From contig JBGAML010000025.1 of the NCBI GenBank assembly GCA_044223005.1, positions 1 to 57,345 on the forward strand: DNA of 57,345 nucleotides, in the 5' to 3' direction. The translations under genes and the position numbers were made by a program. The notes beneath the pieces are model-generated. The model was not told the DNA's origin and did not search any database. It saw only the letters and a program-made list of their open reading frames with translations. Each line of letters opens with the position of its first letter. Position 1 is the stretch's first letter. Below are positions 29,864 through 39,814 of this stretch, one piece after another. Source of the stretch: Candidatus Eiseniibacteriota bacterium (GTDB taxonomy: Bacteria; Eisenbacteria; RBG-16-71-46).

Positions 29864-31992
29864 TGTCGCTCGAAGCGCGCGTCGTCGCGGCGTTGCGGCC
29901 GGGAGGCGTGCTCGCGCGCCGCTGGCCGGGCTACGAGGAACGCCACGCCCAGGTCGAGATGGCCCGCGACGTCGCGCGCACGCTCGAGCGCGGCGGCACG
30001 CTGTTCGCCGAGGCCCCGACGGGAGTCGGCAAGTCGATCGCCTACCTGCTACCGGCGTTGGTCCACGCTCACGACCGGGACGAACGGGTGGTCGTGGCGA
30101 CGTGCACCAAGTCGCTGCAGGACCAGCTGTTCGAGCGGGACCTTCCGGCATTGCTCGAAGCCCTGGATCTCTCGCTCCCGGTGGCCCGGCTGAAGGGCAA
30201 GGCCAACTACGTCTGCCCGCGCGCGCTGGAGCTGGCCGAGGGCGCGACGGCCGAGGAGATCGAGACGATCGAGGCGCTGCGCATCTGGGCGGCGGGCGAC
30301 CCGGCGGGCGATCTCGACCGCTTCGACCCGCCCGACCCGGAGGTGTTTCGCCGCATCCGTCCGCGCGTGGCGTCCGATCCGTCGGCGTGCTCGGGCCCGG
30401 TGTGCCGGCGCGGCCGCGAGTGCTTCTGGGCGCGCGCGCGCCGCGGCGCGTCGGAGGCGCGGCTCACGGTGGTGAACCACGCGCTCCTCGCGCGGGCGGC
30501 CGAGGCCGAGGGCCTGCTGCCCGAGTACGACGTGCTGATCGTGGACGAGGCGCACCGGCTGGAGGGCGTGCTGTCGAGCCAGCTCGAGTTCGGTGCGTCG
30601 CGCCACCGGATCGACGACCTGCTGCGGCTGACGGGCGGCGGCTCGCCGCCGCGCCGCCGCGGTGCGCGCGAGCACCGCGAGACGGGCGGGCTGCTGGCGC
30701 GCGTGCGCGCGTTCGCGCTGCCGCTGCTCGGCGCGTCCGAGGGCCGCGAGCGGCTGCACGGCGAGCTCGAGCGGCTGGGCGAACGTGGCGGCGACCTGCG
30801 CGACGACGCGGACGCGCTCTTTTCGCGGCTCGCGCTGCCGGACGAGCCGCGCTCGGGCCCGTACGGACGCCGGCGACGCTATCGCTCCGAACGCGAGCTG
30901 CTCGGCAACGACATGGACGTGCTGCAGCGCGTGATCGAGCACTGCACGGCGTTCGCGACGCGGCTGCAGCAGGCGGGCATGGCGATGACCTCCTCGGACA
31001 CGGGCCGAACGGGAGAGGACCTCGCGGCCGAGCTCGAGATGGTCTCGGGCCGCTGGGACCAGCTCGCGCACGACCTCGGCAATCTCTGCGACGCGGCGGA
31101 TCCCGACTGGGTCTACTGGCGCTCGCAGGCGCCGGGCGCGCGCGCGGCCGAACTGCGCGCGGCGCCGGTGTCGGTGGGCGAGTTCGCGCGCGGCCGGCTG
31201 GTGTCGCGTGCGCGCGCGGCGGTGCTGACGTCGGCGACGCTGTCGGCGTCGGGTGACTTCGCGTGGTCGGCCGAGCGGCTCGGGCTCGCGCGCGACGGCG
31301 TGACCGAGTGCGAGACGGCGAGCTACCCGTCGCCGTTCCCGCTGCACGAGCAGATGCGCGCCTACGTCTACGACGGCGGCGCGGACGAGGCGGCGGCGGT
31401 GGCCGACGTGACGGCGGCGCTCTCGGCGGCCTCGGGCCGCAACGCGCTCGTGCTCTTCACGGCGCACGAGCGGCTGCGCCGGGCGCGGGCACGCCTGGCG
31501 GCCCAGTTGCCGCGCGAACGGCTGCTGCTGGCGCAGGACGTGGACGGGCCCGCGGGGCTGCTGGTGGACCGCTTCCGCGCCACGCGGGGAGCGGTCTTGC
31601 TCGGCGTCGCGAGCCTGTGGGAAGGTGTGGACTTCCCGGGCGAGACGCTGGAACTGCTCGTGGTCGCCAAGCTGCCTTTTTCCGTGCCGGACGATCCGCT
31701 CGTCGAGGCGCGCGGGGAGCGGCTGCGCGAGCGCGGACAGGACCCGTTCCGCGCCGACGCCCTGCCCGAAGCCGTGGTGCGCTTCCGGCAGGGCGTGGGC
31801 CGGCTCATCCGGCGCTCGGACGACCGCGGCGTGCTGGTGGTCTGCGACCCCCGGCTCGCCACGGCCTCGTACCGTGCGCCGTTCCTCGCGGCCTTGCCCG
31901 TGACGGCGGAGATCTGGCGCGAACCGCGTGCGCTCGCGGCTGATGCGGCGCGGTTCCTCGAAGACGGCGTGCGAGCGGGGGAGGACGCGTGA
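29863..31992 (+). CDS. DinG/YoaA-family ATP-dependent DNA helicase
   Basis: APTGVGKS, LKGKANYVC plus three further Cys (Fe-S ligands), DEAH, TSATL, LWEGVD, KLPF and QGVGRLIR motifs. Confidence 0.92.
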   Translation: MSLEARVVAALRPGGVLARRWPGYEERHAQVEMARDVARTLERGGTLFAEAPTGVGKSIAYLLPALVHAHDRDERVVVATCTKSLQDQLFERDLPALLEALDLSLPVARLKGKANYVCPRALELAEGATAEEIETIEALRIWAAGDPAGDLDRFDPPDPEVFRRIRPRVASDPSACSGPVCRRGRECFWARARRGASEARLTVVNHALLARAAEAEGLLPEYDVLIVDEAHRLEGVLSSQLEFGASRHRIDDLLRLTGGGSPPRRRGAREHRETGGLLARVRAFALPLLGASEGRERLHGELERLGERGGDLRDDADALFSRLALPDEPRSGPYGRRRRYRSERELLGNDMDVLQRVIEHCTAFATRLQQAGMAMTSSDTGRTGEDLAAELEMVSGRWDQLAHDLGNLCDAADPDWVYWRSQAPGARAAELRAAPVSVGEFARGRLVSRARAAVLTSATLSASGDFAWSAERLGLARDGVTECETASYPSPFPLHEQMRAYVYDGGADEAAAVADVTAALSAASGRNALVLFTAHERLRRARARLAAQLPRERLLLAQDVDGPAGLLVDRFRATRGAVLLGVASLWEGVDFPGETLELLVVAKLPFSVPDDPLVEARGERLRERGQDPFRADALPEAVVRFRQGVGRLIRRSDDRGVLVVCDPRLATASYRAPFLAALPVTAEIWREPRALAADAARFLEDGVRAGEDA

Positions 31993-33506
31993 TCCGGCTG
32001 GGCGAGACGAGGCTGACCCTCGACGACGTGGTGGAGGTCGCGCGCGGAGACGTGCGCGTGGAGCTGGGGCGCGACGCGCTCGAGCGCGTGCGCGCGAGCC
32101 GCGCGCTGGTGGACCGCGCGGTGGCCGAGGGCCGGACGATCTACGGGATCACGACGGGCTTCGGCGAGCTCAAGGACCGCCGCATCCCGCCCGAGGACAC
32201 GGCGCAGCTCCAGGTGAACCTCATCCGCTCGCACAGCGCGGGCGTGGGCCCCGCGGCGCCGCGTGAAGTCGTGCGCGCGATGCTGCTGTTGCGCGCGGCC
32301 TCGCTCGCGCACGGCAACTCCGGCGTGCGCCCCGAAGTGATCGAGATGCTGATCGAGATGCTCGCGCGCCGCGTGACGCCGGTGGTGCCGCTGCAGGGCT
32401 CGGTGGGCGCCTCGGGCGACCTCGCGCCGCTCGCGCACCTGGCCGCGGTGATGACGGGCGAGGGCGAGGCGTGGCTCGCCGAACAGCGCATGCCGGCCGC
32501 GCTCGCACTGCGCGGCGCCGGACTGCCGCCGCTTTCGCTGGCGGCCAAGGAAGGGCTCGCGCTCATCAACGGCACGCAGTTCTCCACGTCGCTCGCCGCG
32601 CTCGCGTGCGCGGACGCCGAGCGGCTGTGGGAAGCGGCGATGGCCGCGGCCGCGCTCAGCACCGAAGTGCTGCTCGGCAGCTTCCAGCCGGCGCGCGAGG
32701 ACGTGATGGCGCTGCGGCCCTATCCGGGAGCGCTCGAGGCCGCGAAGCGGCTGCGCGCGTACTCGGAAGGCAGCGCGATCGTGCGCTCGCACGAGAACTG
32801 CGGGCGCGTGCAGGACGCCTACAGCCTGCGCTGCGTGCCGGGCGTGATGGGCGCGTCGTGGGACGCGCTGGTGCACGTGGAGCGCCAGCTCGAGATCGAG
32901 CTCAACTCGGTCAACGACAACCCGCTCGTGTTCGCGGGCTCGGACGAGACGGTGTCGGCGGGCCTGTTCCACGCGCAGCCGGTCGCGCTGGCTGCGGACT
33001 ATCTCAAGATCGCGGTGGCCGAGATCGCCTCGCTCTCGGAGCGCCGCACCGACCGGCTGGTGGACGCGCGCGTTTCCGAGCTGCCCGCGGTGCTCGCGAC
33101 CGATCCGGGCCTGCAGTCGGGCTACATGATGGCGCAGTACGTCGCGGCCGCGCTGGTGTCCGAGAACAAGGTGCTCGCGCATCCGGCGAGCGTCGATTCG
33201 ATCCCGACCGGTGCCGGCATCGAGGACCACGTGAGCATGGCGCCGATCGCCGGGCGCCACGCGCGCCAGGTCGTCGACAACGCCGCGCGCGTCGTCGCCA
33301 TGGAGTTGCTCTGCGGCTGCCGCGCGCTCGAGTTCCGCCGGCCGCTGCAGGCGGGCTCGGGCAGCGAGCGGCTCTACGCCGCGATCCGCCGCGTCGTGCC
33401 CGCGCCGGAAGGCGACCGCCCGCTGTCGGGCGCGTGCGAGGAAGTCGCGCGCTGGGTGCTGTCGGTCGCGCCGGTCAAGCTGGCCGAAGAGGTGCTCGAC
33501 TCATGA
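31989..33506 (+). CDS. hutH: histidine ammonia-lyase
   Basis: [11 protein letters not shown] tripeptide in [20 protein letters not shown] and EDHVSM. Confidence 0.96.
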   Translation: MIRLGETRLTLDDVVEVARGDVRVELGRDALERVRASRALVDRAVAEGRTIYGITTGFGELKDRRIPPEDTAQLQVNLIRSHSAGVGPAAPREVVRAMLLLRAASLAHGNSGVRPEVIEMLIEMLARRVTPVVPLQGSVGASGDLAPLAHLAAVMTGEGEAWLAEQRMPAALALRGAGLPPLSLAAKEGLALINGTQFSTSLAALACADAERLWEAAMAAAALSTEVLLGSFQPAREDVMALRPYPGALEAAKRLRAYSEGSAIVRSHENCGRVQDAYSLRCVPGVMGASWDALVHVERQLEIELNSVNDNPLVFAGSDETVSAGLFHAQPVALAADYLKIAVAEIASLSERRTDRLVDARVSELPAVLATDPGLQSGYMMAQYVAAALVSENKVLAHPASVDSIPTGAGIEDHVSMAPIAGRHARQVVDNAARVVAMELLCGCRALEFRRPLQAGSGSERLYAAIRRVVPAPEGDRPLSGACEEVARWVLSVAPVKLAEEVLDS

Positions 33507-35206
33507 GTCCCGCCACCGCCCGGGCCGTCCGCGCGCCGCGCGGCACCGAACGCACGTGCAAGGGCTGGGCGCAGGAAGCCGCGCTGCGCATGCTGATGAA
33601 CAATCTGGATCCCGAGGTGGCGGAGCGCCCCGACGATCTCGTGGTCTACGGCGGCACCGGCCGCGCCGCACGCAGCTGGGAGGCGTTCGATCGCATCGTC
33701 GCCTCGCTGCGCGATCTCGAGAACGACGAGACGCTGCTCGTCCAGTCGGGCAAGCCGGTCGGCATCTTCCGGACGCACCCGGGCGCACCGCGCGTCCTGA
33801 TCGCGAACTCGAATCTCGTTCCGCGATGGGGCACGTGGGAGCACTTCCGGGAGCTCGAGAAGAAGGGCCTGATCATGTACGGCCAGATGACCGCGGGCTC
33901 GTGGATCTACATCGGCTCGCAGGGCATCGTGCAGGGCACGTTCGAAACGTTCGGCGAATGCGCCGAGAAGCACTTCGGTGGCTCGCTCGCCGGCCGGCTC
34001 GTGCTCACCGCCGGCCTGGGCGGCATGGGCGGCGCGCAGCCGCTGGCCGTCACCATGAACGGCGGCGTCTGCCTCGCGATCGAGGTGGACGAGACGCGCG
34101 CGACGCGCCGCGTCGAGACCGGCTACTGCGACCGCGTGACGCGCTCGCTCGACGAAGCGCTGACCTGGTGCCGCGAGGCCGTGGCCGCGAAGCAGCCGCT
34201 CAGCGTCGGCCTGGTCGGCAACGCCGCCGACGTGATTCCGGAGCTCCTGAAGCGCGGCGTGATTCCCGACGCCGCGACCGACCAGACGTCGGCGCATGAT
34301 GCGTTGCATGGCTACGTGCCTTCGGGCATGTCCCTGACGCAGGTCGCCGAGCTGCGCAAGACCGATCCCGACCAGGTCATCCAGCGCTCGCGCGAGTCCA
34401 TGGCCACGCATGTGCGGGCATTGCTGGGAATGAAGGCGCGTGGCTGCGTGCTGTTCGACTACGGCAATAATTTGAGAGGTGAAGCTGCGAAGGGCGGTTT
34501 GCCCGAGAGCGAGGCTTTCTCCTACCCCGGATTTGTCCCCGAGTACATCCGGCCGCTCTTCTGTCTCGGCAAAGGTCCATTCCGGTGGGCCGCCCTTTCG
34601 GGTGATCCCGCCGACATCGCGGCGACGGATCGCGCGGCGCTGGAAGAGTTCCCGGACGACAAGCGCCTGCACCGGTGGATTCCACTGGCCCAGAAGCACG
34701 TGCACTTCCAGGGCCTGCCCGCGCGCATCTGTTGGCTGGGCTATGGCGAGCGACACCGGCTGGGTCTGCGTTTCAATCGCATGGTGCGCGAAGGCGTCCT
34801 GAAGGCTCCCATCGTCATCGGAAGAGATCACCTGGACACCGGCTCGGTCGCTTCGCCCTGGCGTGAGACCGAGAGCATGCGCGACGGCAGCGACGCGATC
34901 GCCGACTGGCCGATCCTGAACGCGCTGCTCAACACCGCGGGCGGCGCGTCGTGGGTGAGCCTGCACCACGGCGGCGGCGTCGGGATCGGCAACTCGATCC
35001 ACGCCGGCATGGTGATCGTGTGCGACGGGTCTTCGGAGACCGACGAAAAGCTCGCGCGCGTGCTCGTCAACGATCCCGGCACGGGTGTCATGCGTCACGC
35101 CGACGCCGGCTATCCCGAAGCCATCGCGCACGCGAAGCGCACGGGCATGAAGCTGCCGAGCGTGGATCTCACGGGGCCCCCGGGCCCGGACGGCAGGACT
35201 CCATGA
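33503..35206 (+). CDS. hutU: urocanate hydratase
   Basis: [35 protein letters not shown] and HHGGGVG motifs. Confidence 0.98.
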   Translation: MSPATARAVRAPRGTERTCKGWAQEAALRMLMNNLDPEVAERPDDLVVYGGTGRAARSWEAFDRIVASLRDLENDETLLVQSGKPVGIFRTHPGAPRVLIANSNLVPRWGTWEHFRELEKKGLIMYGQMTAGSWIYIGSQGIVQGTFETFGECAEKHFGGSLAGRLVLTAGLGGMGGAQPLAVTMNGGVCLAIEVDETRATRRVETGYCDRVTRSLDEALTWCREAVAAKQPLSVGLVGNAADVIPELLKRGVIPDAATDQTSAHDALHGYVPSGMSLTQVAELRKTDPDQVIQRSRESMATHVRALLGMKARGCVLFDYGNNLRGEAAKGGLPESEAFSYPGFVPEYIRPLFCLGKGPFRWAALSGDPADIAATDRAALEEFPDDKRLHRWIPLAQKHVHFQGLPARICWLGYGERHRLGLRFNRMVREGVLKAPIVIGRDHLDTGSVASPWRETESMRDGSDAIADWPILNALLNTAGGASWVSLHHGGGVGIGNSIHAGMVIVCDGSSETDEKLARVLVNDPGTGVMRHADAGYPEAIAHAKRTGMKLPSVDLTGPPGPDGRTP

Positions 35207-36498
35207 GCAGCTGGTCCGCGAACGATCCGTCGGGCAAGCCGGTCGCCGGCCGCACCGCGTACCTGATCCTCCACAACACGTCGGAGGTGGTGACGCCCGA
35301 CAAGGACGGACGCGAGATCCTGCGCTTCCCCAAGGGCGCGATCGTCTTCAGGGACGGCCGCGTGCTCGAGGTCGGCCCCGCCGTGGAGCTCTCGCGCCGT
35401 CATCCCGATGCGCGCCCGCTCAACGCCGGCGGCAAGCTCGTGACGCCCGGACTCGTGGACTGCCACACACACATGATTTTCGGCGGCCATCGCGCCGTGG
35501 AGTTCCAGCGCAAGCTCGCGGGCGAGAAGTACGCCGACATTCTCGCGAGCGGCGGTGGCATCCAGTCCACGGTCCAGGCGACTTCGGCGGTCAAAGACGA
35601 GATCCTGGAGAAGCAGCTCGCCAATCGTCTCGAACGCTGGCGCGCCAACGGCTGCACCACGGTCGAGGTGAAGAGCGGCTACGGCCTGACGCCGAGGCGC
35701 GAAGTCCGGCTGCTCGAGCTCATGAGCGGCGCCGCCATTCGCGTGCCCGTGCGCGTGCATCGCACGGCTCTGCTGCTGCATGCGGTGCCGCCGGAGTTCG
35801 CCGACAAGCGCGAGGCTTATCTGGAAGAAGTGCGTACGAGCTTGCTGTCTGAGATCCACCGAAGAGGCATGGCCAGCGCGATCGACGTGTTCTGTGACCC
35901 CGTCGCGTTCACGGTCGAAGAGTGCAGGGCAGTGCTCGTGCGCGCGAAAGAGCTGGGATTCCCGATCAAGCTCCATGCCGAGCAGATGTCCCGCTTTGGC
36001 GGCGCCAAGCTGGCCGCCGAACTGGGTGCCCGGAGTGCCGATCATCTCGAAAGTGCGACCGAAGAAGACTGGCGCGCGCTCGCCGAGGCCGACGTCACCG
36101 GCGTGCTGCTGCCCGCCGCCGCGCTCACGCTGCGCCAGCACCTGCCCGAAGCCGAGATGATTCGAAGGAGCGGCGCGCGTTTCGCGATCGCCACGGACTT
36201 CAACCCCGGCACCGCGCCCGCCCAGTCGCTCATGGAAATCGGCGCGCTCGCCTCGCGGCTCTGCGGCTTCACCGCCAACGAGATCCTGCTCGCGATCACG
36301 TGGAACGCCGCCAGGGCCCTCGGCGCGGAAGCCGAAGTCGGCCACCTGACGCCCGGCGCATGGGGCGATGCCGTGATGTGGGAGTGCGAGGCACTGGAAG
36401 AGCTCCCGTACTGGATGCCCGCCGTGCGCCCGGACACGGTCTTCATGCGCGGCGCGGATCTGGCACTGCCCGCGGTGGAGCGGAGGGTGTGGCCGTAG
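35203..36498 (+). CDS. hutI: imidazolonepropionase
   Basis: [28 protein letters not shown] and ATDFNPGT motifs. Lies in hut context. Confidence 0.93.
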   Translation: MSSWSANDPSGKPVAGRTAYLILHNTSEVVTPDKDGREILRFPKGAIVFRDGRVLEVGPAVELSRRHPDARPLNAGGKLVTPGLVDCHTHMIFGGHRAVEFQRKLAGEKYADILASGGGIQSTVQATSAVKDEILEKQLANRLERWRANGCTTVEVKSGYGLTPRREVRLLELMSGAAIRVPVRVHRTALLLHAVPPEFADKREAYLEEVRTSLLSEIHRRGMASAIDVFCDPVAFTVEECRAVLVRAKELGFPIKLHAEQMSRFGGAKLAAELGARSADHLESATEEDWRALAEADVTGVLLPAAALTLRQHLPEAEMIRRSGARFAIATDFNPGTAPAQSLMEIGALASRLCGFTANEILLAITWNAARALGAEAEVGHLTPGAWGDAVMWECEALEELPYWMPAVRPDTVFMRGADLALPAVERRVWP

Positions 36499-36501
36499 GG
36501 G

Positions 36502-36522
36502 GCGTCACGCCGGAGGTGACGC
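36502..36522. terminator. hairpin between convergent hutI and HNH genes
   Basis: GCGTCAC-gccggag-GTGACGC stem-loop. No U-tract. Confidence 0.3.
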
Positions 36523-37667
36523 GTTCGCGCCGCCCGACCCGGCGTCACCCGCTCGCGGGACCCCGCCACCGCGGCGCTCGCGCTTCTGGCGCATGAACTC
36601 CGCGCCGAAGACGCGTTCGGCTTCGTACGGGTTGTGCGCGTGGCACCGGAGCCGCAGGTTGTCGTCGGTGGTCTCGCCGCCACGGGCCTTGGTGATCACG
36701 TGGTCGTACTGGAGGTCCCGGCGGGACTCGCAGCGCACACCGTCCGGGCTCTCGAAGGTGCAGCGATGGCCGTCCCGCTCCGCGACGCGGCGCTTCATGT
36801 CGGCGGGAATGTAGTCACCGTTGGCACGGCTGCGGCGCTTGCGAGGCGAGTCGGTCTTCGCGAAGCGCTGCTTTTCGAGCTTCGTGATCAGGGCGTCCAG
36901 CGCGCGATCGAGCACCTGCGCGAGGTCCTGCGTCGGCACCGTGTGCCCGAGCAGCTCCTGTGCGCGGCGGAGCTTGTCGTGGGTCTCGCGCGAAATGGTC
37001 AGTTGCATCGCGAACCGTTGCGGCGCGATCGGCGCGACGCGCGCGGGCGGCGCGGGCGGGCTCGCGTGCGCAGCGCCACTCACCAACTGTGTAGCCTCGC
37101 TGAACGAAACATGCCTTGAGGCATGTTCCGGTGACACTTGCTGGACAGTGCCGTGGGCGCTTCCGCGGCCGCGACGTCCGCGCGCGGCGAAGCGAGTGCG
37201 GGCACGGGCGCTGGCCCGGTGAACAACGCCACGACCGGCTCCACGCGCGTCGGCACGTCCGGCGCGGGGTATCGCTCCGCCAGCACGAGCCGGATGCCCT
37301 CGCACGAGAGACCCGTCGCCGCCGCGATCAGCTCGGGAGCATTCGAGCTCGTCAGGTGCGGCACGAGCATCCGCGCGCCCGTCAGGTGCAGGCGGCCGTC
37401 GGCGATCGCGTCCAGCAGGCCCGGGCAGCGCTGCGCCGCCTTCACGACCTGGAGCCGCTTCGCCGTCATGTCCTCGGACATCCGGAAGCGCTTCACGCAG
37501 TAATCCCAGAGCGAGGAGTAGCCCGCCGGGGCGTAGGACCGGTGTCGGCGCATCTCGGCCAGCAGGCGCAGGATCTCGGCCGATCCGGCGCGCTCGGCGC
37601 GCAGCAGGGCGTCCATGCGCTGTTCGAGGCTCGTGTACGAGGGCTGCGCGAACGGAACGTGCGTCAT
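36505..37667 (-). pseudogene. DUF222-like/HNH endonuclease gene split by a -1 frameshift
   Basis: N-terminal ORF 37667-37080 has GYSSLWDYC...RL.V.....RCP.LL.AIADGRLHLT. The C-terminal part lies in another frame and has KLRRAQELL and an intact HNH (RDGHRC...C...LQYDH....GG.....NLRLRCHAHN). The frame switch is in the linker at about 37145-37235. Confidence 0.75.
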
Positions 37668-37962
37668 CGCGAATCACCGTTCGGGGGCGAGTCGCGGGAG
37701 CGAGGGCCTTTGTATCACACGCCATTTCGACCGCCGCACACGCCCGCACGCCGCGAAACGCGAGCCTTCGCGACAACGCGCGAGCGAAGCATTGCGATCG
37801 CCCGAGCCCCGCGAACCACGTCGCGCACACGCGACCCCACGCGAGCGGTCTCGGAGACGAGCACGCGCGCCGCGGAAGGCTGTCAAGCGCCACGTTCGCA
37901 TGGCGAGCGAAGCGATGCGCCGCGCAACGATGCGACTCACCACGCCAACGGGAGGCGGGGCA

Positions 37963-38173
37963 GCGACGGGTTGGGGGAGCGCGAACGGAAGGCGTCGCGG
38001 AGGCCGCGGGAGGCAGGGATGCCGTAGCGGCCGGAGCGCGAGTGAGTCGGAGGCAGGGATGCCGCAGGCGAACGTCCTTTCGTTCGCGCTCCCCCGACCC
38101 GTCGCAGGTGGGGAGGACAACGTCGCGCTCCCGGACCGACCCGTGCCAGCGCTGACATCGCGCTCCCGACCCG
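37963..38173. repeat. structured intergenic element: about 33-bp inverted repeat enclosing two 16-bp direct repeats, plus trailing 10-bp repeats
   Basis: 37963-37995 pairs with 38072-38105. GGAGGCAGGGATGCCG occurs at 38009 and 38049. TCGCGCTCCC occurs at 38084, 38123 and 38158. Confidence 0.75.
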
Positions 38174-38275
38174 CCTCGCGCGAGCCCCCCGCTGGCCACT
38201 CCATCAGCACCGCGCTAGCATGCCGCGGATATCTCGGACCCACCCAACTCCCAACGCGATTCCCGGAGTCCAGCC

Positions 38276-39808
38276 ATGGCTCGTCTCGTCGAGTGCGTTC
38301 CCAACTTCTCCGAAGGCCGCCGCCGCGAGGTGGTGGACCAGATCCTCGCCGCCGTCGCGGCCGTGAACGGCGTCACGCTGCTCGATTGCGAGATGGATCC
38401 CGATCACAACCGGTGCGTGCTCACGTTCGCGGGAGAACCCGAGCCCGTGATGGAAGGCGCGTTCCAGGCCATCAAGAAGGCCAGCGAGCTCATCGATCTC
38501 AACCACCATTCCGGCCAGCATCCGCGCATGGGCGCGACCGACGTCGTGCCGTTCGTGCCCGTCGAGAATTGCACGCTGGACGATTGCGCCGAAATGGCGC
38601 GCAAAGTCGGCAAGCGCGTCGGGGAAGAGCTCGCGATTCCCGTGTTCCTGTACGAGTCGGCCGCCAGCACGCCCGCCCGCACCAGCCTGGCCGACGTCCG
38701 TCGCGGCGAGTTCGAGGGCCTGCGCGAGGCCATCGGGAAAGACCCCGCGCGCAAGCCGGATTTTGGACCGGAGAAGATCCATCCCACCGCCGGCGCCACG
38801 GCGATCGGCGCGCGGCGCTTTCTGGTCGCGTTCAATGCGAACCTGAACACCCCCGACGTGCGTATCGCCAAGGCCGTCGCGGCCTCCATTCGCGAACAGA
38901 GCGGCGGGCTCAAGAACGTGCGGGCGCTCGGGTTCTCGATCGAGAACGGGCGCCGGGCGCAGGTGAGCATGAACCTCGTCAACGTCGAGGCGACGCCGAT
39001 CCATCGCGTGCTGGCGCTGGTCCGGGCCGAGGCCGCGCGTCATGGCGCCGCCATCTCCGGCTGCGAAGTCGTCGGGCTCGTGCCCGAGGCGGCCATGCTC
39101 GACGCCGCCGAACACGCCATGCAGCTCGAGGGCTTCCGCCGCGACCAGGTGCTGGAGCTGCGGCTCAAGCAACCGCCCATCACCGAGGCGGTGCCGATCT
39201 CCACGTTCTTCGACCAGGTCGCCGGACCCACGCCCACGCCGGGCGGTGGCACCGTCGCGGCGTTCGTCGGCTCGCTGGCGACCTGCCTCGCGACCATGGT
39301 GGCCAACCTGACGATCGGGAAGAAGAAGTACGCCGGGGCCGAAGCGGCCATGCGGGACCTGAAGCGGGATGCCGAGGCCCTCCGGCGCGACCTTCTGGCG
39401 CTCGGCCGGCGGGACAGCGAGGCGTTCGACGCCGTGCTCAAGGCCCGGCGGCTGCCGCAGTCGACGCCGGCCGAGACCGCCGAGCGCGAAACGGCCATCC
39501 GGGTCGCCGACCTGGGAGCCGCCACGGTCCCGATGGAGACCGCCCGCGCGTGCGTCCGCGTGGTCGAACTGGCCGGCATCGCCGCCCGGCTCGGCAACGC
39601 CAACGCCGTGTCGGATGCGGGAGTTGCCGGATTGCTCGCCACGGCGGCCGGGGAGGGGGCGTTGCTCAACGTCCAAATCAACCTGAAGTCCCTGCCAGAT
39701 GGGGCCGATAAGACCTCCGTGGCAGGAGACCTCGTGTCGACTCGCACGGCGTTGCACGCAGCTTCCGGGCGTTGCCGTGAGGCGGTCGAGGCCGCGATGA
39801 GCGCATGA
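38276..39808 (+). CDS. ftcD: bifunctional glutamate formiminotransferase / formiminotetrahydrofolate cyclodeaminase
   Basis: LVECVPNFSEGR, DHNR, HPRMGATDVVPFVP, GARRFLVAFN and QVSMNL. C-terminal cyclodeaminase domain with PTPGGG, NAVSDAGV and NVQINL. Confidence 0.93.
   Translation: MARLVECVPNFSEGRRREVVDQILAAVAAVNGVTLLDCEMDPDHNRCVLTFAGEPEPVMEGAFQAIKKASELIDLNHHSGQHPRMGATDVVPFVPVENCTLDDCAEMARKVGKRVGEELAIPVFLYESAASTPARTSLADVRRGEFEGLREAIGKDPARKPDFGPEKIHPTAGATAIGARRFLVAFNANLNTPDVRIAKAVAASIREQSGGLKNVRALGFSIENGRRAQVSMNLVNVEATPIHRVLALVRAEAARHGAAISGCEVVGLVPEAAMLDAAEHAMQLEGFRRDQVLELRLKQPPITEAVPISTFFDQVAGPTPTPGGGTVAAFVGSLATCLATMVANLTIGKKKYAGAEAAMRDLKRDAEALRRDLLALGRRDSEAFDAVLKARRLPQSTPAETAERETAIRVADLGAATVPMETARACVRVVELAGIAARLGNANAVSDAGVAGLLATAAGEGALLNVQINLKSLPDGADKTSVAGDLVSTRTALHAASGRCREAVEAAMSA
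39684..39711 (+). promoter_or_regulatory. sigma28-like promoter (TGAAG-N15-GCCGATAA) inside the 3' end of ftcD
   Basis: Perfect GCCGATAA about 100 nt upstream of the TPR gene start. Confidence 0.45.
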
Positions 39809-39814
39809 GAAGGG

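Noticed and set aside
29863..31992. DinG as CasDinG of a type IV CRISPR system
   Set aside because: No csf/cas genes or repeat-spacer array. It has Fe-S cysteines and a housekeeping YoaA-like context.
37963..38173. CRISPR array
   Set aside because: Only two or three short repeats (10-16 bp) of two different types, nested in an inverted repeat, with no cas genes.
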